Assembly: GCA_045115935.1 (NCBI GenBank)
Contig: JBGULF010000035.1
Span: 9,162-73,161 of the forward strand
Source of the DNA: Anaerovoracaceae bacterium
GTDB taxonomy: Bacteria > Bacillota > Clostridia > Peptostreptococcales > Anaerovoracaceae
Length of the DNA stretch: 64,000 nucleotides
Direction: 5' to 3'
The position numbers were made by a program, and so were the translations under genes. The notes under the pieces were generated by a model. It was not told the DNA's origin and ran no database searches. It saw only the letters and a program-made list of their open reading frames with translations. This document shows, in pieces, positions 57,618-64,000 of the stretch (position 1 is the first letter of the stretch; every line of letters begins with the position of its first letter).

Positions 57618-59549
57618 TTATTCTACGACATCCTTCTTGAGTATGCCGAGCAGCACAGCTCCAATGACAGAACCTACAATAAGTGCTACGAGATACATTG
57701 CAACGTTGCCTACTACAGGGAATACGAAGATTCCTCCGTGAGGTGCCATGAGCGTGCACTTGAATGCCATCGAGAGCGCGCCTGCGACTCCGGAACCGAC
57801 CATCAGTGATGGGATAACGTGCAGCGGGTCTGCAGCTGCGAACGGGATAGCACCCTCTGTGATGAAGCTGAGACCCATGACGATGTTTGCAGGTCCACTC
57901 TTTCTTTCAGCTTCTGTGTATTTCTTCTTGGATACCATTGTGGAAATAGCGATAGCGAGAGGCGGTACCATTCCGCCGACCATTACTGCAGCCATGATCA
58001 TGTAGCCGATCTCATTCTGGTTTGCGAGCGCTGCTGTACCGAATACATATGCAGCTTTGTTGAGCGGGCCGCCCATATCCGTAGCCATCATGGCTCCGAG
58101 AATAAGTCCCAGAACGACACTGGAGCCCGAGCTCATTCCCATAAGAACGTTTGAGATCCATGTGTTAAGCGCACCAACAATAGGGTTGATCAGGCACATG
58201 AGCACACCGATTAATAATGTTCCGAACAACGGGTAAATGAGTACCGGCTTGATTCCTTCCAATGACGCAGGAAGTTTATCACAGACTTTCTGCAGTCCCT
58301 TGACGATGAATCCCGCTGCAAAGCCTGCAACAAGAGCGCCGAGGAATGCGGATGGGATGCCGCCGCCAGGAGAAGCGAATGTAGAACCTGATGCAGCGAG
58401 AGCGCCTCCTACGAAACCTACTACCAGAGCAGGACGGTCAGCGATACTGCGTGCGATGAATCCTGCAAGGACAGGAAGCATGAAGCCGAACGCTGTGCCT
58501 CCGATAGACTTGAACCATGCAGCGACCGGAGTGTTAGAACCGAAGTTGCTCGGATCTATTGAGTAGTCATCCAGAAGGAACGCTAATGCGATCATGATAC
58601 CGCCGCCGATGACGAATGGAAGCATGTGTGATACGCCGTCCATAAGGCTCTTGTAAATAAACCTTCCTACGCTTTCGCCTCCGGCTGAATCGCTTTCTGC
58701 TGCTGCAGCGCCTGAGTGCTGATATACCGGAGCATCTCCTGCTATAGCACGGTCAATGAGACCTTCTGAGCGGTGGATAGCATCAGCTGTTGATGCCTTG
58801 ATGAGCTTCTTGCCATTGAAACGTCCAAGATCAACGTTCTTGTCAGCTGCGATGATTACAACGTCAGCTTCCTTGATATCGTCTGCAGTGAGTACGTTCT
58901 TGGCACCGCCTGATCCCTGAGTCTCGATCTTGACGCCAACGCCCTTTTTAGTTCCGGTCTGCTCAAGTGCTTCAGCTGCCATGTAGGTATGTGCAATACC
59001 TGTCGGGCAAGCTGTAACGCCGACAACCTTTGTTCCCTTTGCAGGAGCAGCTGCAGCTGCAGCAGGAGCAGCAGCCTCTTCTTTTCCGAAGCGGTCAGCT
59101 TCCTTGTCATCGATCAGAGCAAGGAACTCATCGACTGTCTTAGCTGCTACGAGTGCACCTGAGAACTCAGGATCCATGAGCATTGTCATGAGATTGGCAA
59201 GAACTTCGAGATGTGTGTCAGCAGCACCGGCAGGTGCAGCGATCATGAAGAACAGGTTGCTGTCAGTTCCGTCGAGGCATCCGTAGTCAACGCCTCCAGG
59301 TACTGTCATTGCTACAAGACCAGGCTGCTTAGCAGCGTCAGTCTTAGCATGAGGAACAGCAATGCCCATGCCTACAGCAGTGGAGCCCTGAGCCTCTCTG
59401 GCCTCGATGGCCTTCTTGTAGCCAGCCTTGTCATTAAGGTTGCCTACCTTGTCGTGAAGTCCTACCAGAATGTCGATCGCGGCATTTTTATCTGCCGGGC
59501 TCTGATTCAGAAGAACTCCCTCTTTCTTCAGTAAATCGGTTATTTTCAT
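57618..59549 (-). CDS. fruA: PTS fructose-specific EIIABC component
   Basis: 643 aa. EIIA-2 (GIAVPHAKT), Ala-rich linker, EIIB (VTACPTGIAHTYMAAEAL), and a multi-TM EIIC. Confidence 0.9.
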   Translation of the reverse strand: MKITDLLKKEGVLLNQSPADKNAAIDILVGLHDKVGNLNDKAGYKKAIEAREAQGSTAVGMGIAVPHAKTDAAKQPGLVAMTVPGGVDYGCLDGTDSNLFFMIAAPAGAADTHLEVLANLMTMLMDPEFSGALVAAKTVDEFLALIDDKEADRFGKEEAAAPAAAAAAPAKGTKVVGVTACPTGIAHTYMAAEALEQTGTKKGVGVKIETQGSGGAKNVLTADDIKEADVVIIAADKNVDLGRFNGKKLIKASTADAIHRSEGLIDRAIAGDAPVYQHSGAAAAESDSAGGESVGRFIYKSLMDGVSHMLPFVIGGGIMIALAFLLDDYSIDPSNFGSNTPVAAWFKSIGGTAFGFMLPVLAGFIARSIADRPALVVGFVGGALAASGSTFASPGGGIPSAFLGALVAGFAAGFIVKGLQKVCDKLPASLEGIKPVLIYPLFGTLLIGVLMCLINPIVGALNTWISNVLMGMSSGSSVVLGLILGAMMATDMGGPLNKAAYVFGTAALANQNEIGYMIMAAVMVGGMVPPLAIAISTMVSKKKYTEAERKSGPANIVMGLSFITEGAIPFAAADPLHVIPSLMVGSGVAGALSMAFKCTLMAPHGGIFVFPVVGNVAMYLVALIVGSVIGAVLLGILKKDVVE

Positions 59550-59631
59550 TTTTTCCCTTTCTGCGCTGTGCGCATGCTATAAAAGATAACCCCCATACCA
59601 TATATTATTTACGAAACCGCATGGCGCATGC

Positions 59632-60537
59632 TCACAGAGTTTCGAAAATACTGTTTATAAGCTCTCCTGTAGCGAGATCGTCCGAGAAAGCAGTTGCGCT
59701 TCCTGCAGCGGTTCCCATATTGAGAGCAACGCGATAATCATGGCTCTTCATGTAGCCTGCAACAAAGCCTGCCACCATCGAGTCGCCGGCGCCTACGGAG
59801 TTCTTAACTTTTCCTTTCGGAACTCCTACGCGGAATCTCTGACCGTCTTCGGTAATGAGCATCGCTCCGTCTTTAGCCATTGAGATAAGTACGTTCCTTG
59901 CGCCCATATCCTGGAGCTTTCTTGCGTATTCTTCGATCTCATCGTCTGTCTTAAGTACGACGCCGAACATTTCGCCGAGCTCGTGATTGTTTGGTTTGAT
60001 CAGGAACGGATTGTATTTGAGAACCTTCAGGAGAAGATCCTTTGTGGCATCTACTACGAACATGATGCCTTTGCCGTAAAGTCTCTCGAGAATGATCTCG
60101 TATACATTGCTAGGAAGTGAATTAGGAATGCTTCCTGCCAGGATGAGCACATCACCTTCCTGAAGCTTGTCGAGCTTCTTGAGCAGCTCATCGTATGCCT
60201 CATCGCTGATCTTTGGGCCCTGAGCATTGATCTCAGTCTCCTCTTCGCCTTTGATCTTGACGTTGATCCTGGAGATACCTTCCTCCAGCATGATGAAGTC
60301 AGCGATTATGCCCTTCTTGTTTACGCTCTCAACGATCGCCTCTCCCGTAAAACCTGCTGCAAATCCGAGAGCTGTATTCTCGATGCCGAGGTTTTTAAGA
60401 ACAGTTGAAACGTTGATGCCCTTTCCTCCGAAGAAACAGTCTTCAGATGCCGACCTGTTGGTCATACCCGGATCAAGCGGTTTATCCATTCTGACGATAT
60501 AATCGATCGCGGGATTAAAAGTAACGGTGTAGATCAT
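59632..60537 (-). CDS. fruK: 1-phosphofructokinase (PfkB family)
   Basis: 301 aa. MIYTVTFNPAIDY start, GAGDSMVAG motif, directly upstream of fruA. Confidence 0.88.
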   Translation of the reverse strand: MIYTVTFNPAIDYIVRMDKPLDPGMTNRSASEDCFFGGKGINVSTVLKNLGIENTALGFAAGFTGEAIVESVNKKGIIADFIMLEEGISRINVKIKGEEETEINAQGPKISDEAYDELLKKLDKLQEGDVLILAGSIPNSLPSNVYEIILERLYGKGIMFVVDATKDLLLKVLKYNPFLIKPNNHELGEMFGVVLKTDDEIEEYARKLQDMGARNVLISMAKDGAMLITEDGQRFRVGVPKGKVKNSVGAGDSMVAGFVAGYMKSHDYRVALNMGTAAGSATAFSDDLATGELINSIFETL

Positions 60538-60604
60538 ATGATCCTCCTTTCAAAGTGGTACTTTAGCCTGTATTCCTCGAAGTGTGCTTCGAATTATTAT
60601 CTCT

Positions 60605-61042
60605 TTAAAGGCTCTCAGGGCCGAAGCTGAGCGGAAGCAGCTCATCGAGAGTGTTCTCGAGATAGTCTTCAGGTGTTTTAGCTGAGAGAACTATCATCGA
60701 GTCCTTATCTCCAAAATCCCTCATGACCTGTCTGCAGGCGCCGCACGGTACGCAGTACTCTCTGCGCTCTCCGTCTGTGCCGCCTACTATAGCGACTGCC
60801 AGAAGGGTTTTCTCACCTTCTGCGATCGCATGGAATATTGCGTTTCTTTCGGCGCAGATAGTCATGCCTAAAGAAGCGCTCTCGACATTGACTCCGGTGT
60901 ATATCTCTCCGGAATCGAAGAGCGCTGCAGCAGCAACGTTGTAGTGTGAGTACGGCGCATATGAATTAGGCAGTTTTTCTATCGCCTTTTCAATAAGGAC
61001 CTTTTTCATGTCCTCATCTTTTCTGATATCTCCGTCGTACAT
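60605..61042 (-). CDS. cdd: Cytidine deaminase
   Basis: 145 aa from ATG 61042 (AAGGGGGA RBS). Zinc motifs CAERNAI and CVPCGACRQ. Confidence 0.88.
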   Translation of the reverse strand: MYDGDIRKDEDMKKVLIEKAIEKLPNSYAPYSHYNVAAAALFDSGEIYTGVNVESASLGMTICAERNAIFHAIAEGEKTLLAVAIVGGTDGERREYCVPCGACRQVMRDFGDKDSMIVLSAKTPEDYLENTLDELLPLSFGPESL

Positions 61043-61060
61043 GCGTGTCCCCCTTTGACA

Positions 61061-61822
61061 CTAGAATTCAAACCTAGGGTGATCCTTGTCTACGATGCCG
61101 GTCGCTACAGTACAGCTGCGTCCGGACTGGGCAAAGTAGTTGGCAACGAGCTCGGTGAAGTCCTTCATCGCCCTTTTGACCTCATCGAGATTCAGATCGG
61201 AGAATCCGTCTATAGGATAGAGGACTCCGGTCGTCTTTTCGGTCATCTTGCCGACCTCGCTCTGTCTCCAGGTCCAGCGGCGTGTTCTTACTTCATGGCC
61301 CGAGACGTATACGACCTCGCCCGGTTCAGGGTTGTCGAATTCATCTTCAGCTGCGCCGAACGGTCTGAAAGTATCTTCAGCTGTTGCCGGCCTTACCTCG
61401 AGGCCTGTATCCTCGCAGCCCCTGCCCTTGCCGTCAGGACGAACGAAAGTGTAAAGATCGTGTGCTCCGATAGGCAGCTTATACTTCAGCGAGATCGCGT
61501 TGCCGAGATCTACCGCAGGATTGATCGAAGGAAGGCCTTTGCCTTTGGCGAGACGGTCCATGAGAGCTTCAGCTGCGCATGCATATCTGTTAGGATTCAT
61601 GCCGAGTGCACGAAATGCTTCCCTGTAAGGAACTACGCAGGGATCGTTCTTTGCCTTGTTGCCCGATTCAGCGAAGTACTGAATGACCGCATTCGAATTA
61701 TCCTCAAGCATCTTCTCGATCGCAGGATATTCCTTAGCGTTGTTTATTCCCGTAACAGCCACTACGCCGACCACGAAATTCGGCAGCTTATCGAACACCT
61801 CTTTGCTTACTTCATAAAACAT
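61061..61822 (-). CDS. B3/B4 tRNA-binding-domain protein (PheT B3_4-like)
   Basis: 253 aa. Pattern (PSINPAVDLGNAISLKYKLPIGAHD ... TRRWTWRQS) resembles standalone B3/4-domain proteins. Confidence 0.5.
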   Translation of the reverse strand: MFYEVSKEVFDKLPNFVVGVVAVTGINNAKEYPAIEKMLEDNSNAVIQYFAESGNKAKNDPCVVPYREAFRALGMNPNRYACAAEALMDRLAKGKGLPSINPAVDLGNAISLKYKLPIGAHDLYTFVRPDGKGRGCEDTGLEVRPATAEDTFRPFGAAEDEFDNPEPGEVVYVSGHEVRTRRWTWRQSEVGKMTEKTTGVLYPIDGFSDLNLDEVKRAMKDFTELVANYFAQSGRSCTVATGIVDKDHPRFEF

Positions 61823-61870
61823 CTTTAATACCCTTCCTTTAACGCATATATATGTAATAATAGTCTATTT

Positions 61871-61902
61871 GAAAAAAAGTGACAAGGCTGTAGCCTTGTC
61901 AC
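61871..61902 (-). terminator. Terminator after the DUF1858 gene
   Basis: Minus strand: GUGACAAGGC-UACA-GCCUUGUCAC followed by UUUUUUU. It is preceded by a second hairpin, AUACUUGCC-GGUAUA-GGCAAGUAU (61954-61930). Confidence 0.8.
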
Positions 61903-61962
61903 TATCCGTTTTTTAAATAATTTTATTAAATACTTGCCTTATACCGGCAAGTATGGCACCGC

Positions 61963-62154
61963 TTATGCGAGTGCTTCATTCAGAGCCGATACGAGCTGAT
62001 CAGCATCAAGTCCGTGTACCTGTGCAGCAGCGTCGATGGACTCACCCTGCGAAGCCGGGCAGCCAATGCACATCATGCCGTTTGCGAAGAAAGTACGGAC
62101 CAGTTCAGGATGCTCATTGATAACGTCTCCGATGATCATATCCTTTGTAATCAT
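61963..62154 (-). CDS. DUF1858 / hybrid-cluster-protein-associated redox disulfide domain protein
   Basis: Start trimmed to ATG 62154 (AAAGGAG RBS). MITKDMIIGDVINEHPELVRTFFANGMMCIGCPASQGESI. Confidence 0.7.
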   Translation of the reverse strand: MITKDMIIGDVINEHPELVRTFFANGMMCIGCPASQGESIDAAAQVHGLDADQLVSALNEALA

Positions 62155-62252
62155 TTGAATGGACTCCTTTCGTCGATTTATCTCTACATCGCATATAGTA
62201 CAACCGCGGGCGGTCAAAAGCAAGCGATATTCCTATTTATCAGATAGGATTT

Positions 62253-62852
62253 TTACAGTGCTGCCTTGATCGCATCCAGGAACTCACTGTACTCCGTGAA
62301 TGCGTGGTACTGAGGATAATCTTTCCTTATCTGTTCGGTGGTGCGGAACAGGAATCCCGCCTTGCTGGCTTCTATCATCTCGAGATCATTGTAGCTGTCT
62401 CCCGCAGCGATGGTATCGTAGCCGATGGACTGCAGAGCCCTGACGGTAGCGAGCTTGGTATGGTCGCAGCGCATCCTGATGTCAGAAATATATCCTTCAT
62501 CATCGATCACGAGCTCATTGCAGAATATGGCAGGCCAGTCGAGCTGCCTCATGAGAGGTTCAGCAAACTGCGAGAAAGTGTCACTGACGATTATCACCTG
62601 AGTAATGGTGCGAAGCTCATCCAGGAATTCCTTTGCTCCCGGAAGCGGATGTATTTTTGCAATGGTATTCTGCACATCCTTGAGCTTGAGTCCGCGCTCC
62701 CTGAGGAGGTTGATCCTCCACTTCATCAGCTTATCATAATCAGGTTCGTCTCTTGTGGTCCTTCTGAGTTCGGGAATACCGCTCTCTTCGCTGAAAGCGA
62801 TCCAGATTTCAGGATAGAGGACACCTTCCATATCCAGACATACTACGTTCAT
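62253..62852 (-). CDS. thrH: Phosphoserine phosphatase / homoserine phosphotransferase ThrH-like HAD protein
   Basis: 199 aa. CLDMEGVLYPEIWIAF ... TTRDEPDYDKLMKWR ... VIIVSDTF.QFAEPLMRQL ... IAAGDSYNDLEM is collinear with my recollection of Pseudomonas ThrH. Confidence 0.75.
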   Translation of the reverse strand: MNVVCLDMEGVLYPEIWIAFSEESGIPELRRTTRDEPDYDKLMKWRINLLRERGLKLKDVQNTIAKIHPLPGAKEFLDELRTITQVIIVSDTFSQFAEPLMRQLDWPAIFCNELVIDDEGYISDIRMRCDHTKLATVRALQSIGYDTIAAGDSYNDLEMIEASKAGFLFRTTEQIRKDYPQYHAFTEYSEFLDAIKAAL

Positions 62853-62865
62853 TCTTTACTCCTTT

Positions 62866-63804
62866 TTATTCTACCGGGAATCCGTAATACGGCTCCCCGT
62901 AATAATATTCATATTCTTCTTCGGTCTGTTCTTCAGGCTCATCAGGCAGACCGCATGCCATGCTCTGGCAGCCTCCCTGTCCGGGAGTTCTGAACCATGT
63001 TTCGGCAGCACCGAAATGTCTTGCTATCATCGATGCGATCTCTGAATCGATATCGAACGAAAGCTCCTTCAGAACCGGATTGAGTATCAGTTCCGTCAGT
63101 ATCACTTTTGCCGGATCCGCATGGCTTACTGCACAGATGGCATCGCCTCTGTTTACAGAATAAAGGCCGCATCCGTTCATGCTTTCCGACTCTACCAGCC
63201 TGAGCATTTCGCTGCTTGGCTCAATATGCGGCTGATCTGTCAGGAATGCCTCTCTGTACGTGTTGTACTTTTCCGCCGGCATATGCTGAAGGTCTATCTC
63301 AGCTCTGAACGGCGTAGGATCAGCTCCTTCGATATCAAGATCATATTCGTCGAAATCATCGAACTCATCAAAGTCGAATTCCGGCGACATGACAGCTCTT
63401 TCGACCGCGAAGAAATGCGGTTCATAGCCAAGCTCCGCATAATAGGATATAAGCGATGGTTCAGCCGGCGATACTATCGAGATGCCGCCTGCCTCTGTGA
63501 CCTTATCCCTTACGAAGGATGTCAGCATGGCAGCAAAGCCGCGCCCGCGTCTGTCTTCACGTGTGCAGACCGCATAGCTGACATATACCGGTCTGTCCCG
63601 GTATGTGCCGCAGAGGTGACATGTAAGAGCGGAACACACTTCGCCGGATCCATCGACCACGGCATATCCCCTGATGTCATCTCCGAAATTCTCATAAAAC
63701 GAATCGACATATGCAGGTGTGTCGCCAAAGACTTCACACCACAGGGCACGCAGCCCCGCATAATCAGCCGAACCGTATTCGATTTCTTTTATCTGAACAT
63801 CCAT
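62866..63804 (-). CDS. GNAT-family N-acetyltransferase with extended C-terminal region
   Basis: 312 aa. The acetyl-CoA loop VCTREDRRGRGFAAML is followed by an acidic stretch and an unassigned domain. Confidence 0.55.
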   Translation of the reverse strand: MDVQIKEIEYGSADYAGLRALWCEVFGDTPAYVDSFYENFGDDIRGYAVVDGSGEVCSALTCHLCGTYRDRPVYVSYAVCTREDRRGRGFAAMLTSFVRDKVTEAGGISIVSPAEPSLISYYAELGYEPHFFAVERAVMSPEFDFDEFDDFDEYDLDIEGADPTPFRAEIDLQHMPAEKYNTYREAFLTDQPHIEPSSEMLRLVESESMNGCGLYSVNRGDAICAVSHADPAKVILTELILNPVLKELSFDIDSEIASMIARHFGAAETWFRTPGQGGCQSMACGLPDEPEEQTEEEYEYYYGEPYYGFPVE

Positions 63805-63809
63805 AAAAG

Positions 63810-64000
63810 CTATTTCTCTATGGCGAAATACTTCATGAGCAGTATATCGGGATGATAGCTCAGCTTGGCCTTTCTCAGTCCCTCGATGCCCATGTCTTCT
63901 TCACGGTTGAAAGCAACTATATCCGGATACTCAGCCTTCACCAGCCTTGCGAACTCGCGGTTTACCATGGTGTAAGCGCCTTCAACGCCCGGAAGCGCCT
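63810..64000 (-). CDS. C-terminal fragment of a DUF2156/LPG-synthase-C-like protein (5' end outside window)
   Basis: Open frame from the window edge: [62 protein letters not shown], then TAG (63812-63810). Confidence 0.4.
   Translation of the reverse strand, partial: ALPGVEGAYTMVNREFARLVKAEYPDIVAFNREEDMGIEGLRKAKLSYHPDILLMKYFAIEK

Overview
This is a 64-kb chromosomal window that looks like a Clostridia-type Firmicute. That placement is an inference from the strong GGAGG-type RBSs, LAAC lipoboxes, the DapH acetylase-branch lysine genes, a clostripain-like peptidase, and about 90% of genes lying on the minus strand. I call about 57 protein genes and one tRNA-Arg(CCG). I see no rRNA, CRISPR array, transposase, integrase or phage genes. 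Housekeeping content: prfB (programmed +1 frameshift, absent from the ORF track), secA, gpsA, rplM-rpsI, metNIQ, dapF-dapH-aminotransferase-deacetylase, an amino-acid ABC transporter with a DDAH-like gene, cdd, fruK-fruA and thrH. Main points of interest:
1. A 21-codon ORF with 9 Met codons, followed by an intrinsic terminator, sits directly in front of metNIQ where an S-box or T-box would be expected. This is a candidate ribosome-mediated methionine attenuator.
2. An Asp/Glu-racemase-family gene is appended to the met transporter operon.
3. A roughly 1610-aa fusion protein (HD + NadD-like nucleotidyltransferase + PRTase-like domains) lies in a cluster with a divergent LDH-like gene and a flavoprotein.
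4. A 709-aa HD + RyR-domain protein, preceded by a 48-codon ORF, is bracketed by two copies of the same ~60-bp terminator-containing repeat.
5. A 2128-aa protein has 23 tandem ~77-aa repeats and no signal peptide or anchor.
6. ilvE is interrupted by a single in-frame TAG.
7. A tightly overlapping five-gene operon of membrane and hydrolase proteins has unknown function.
Domain assignments come from motif recognition by eye and need HMM confirmation. Most long plus-strand ORFs in the track are antisense shadows of minus-strand genes.
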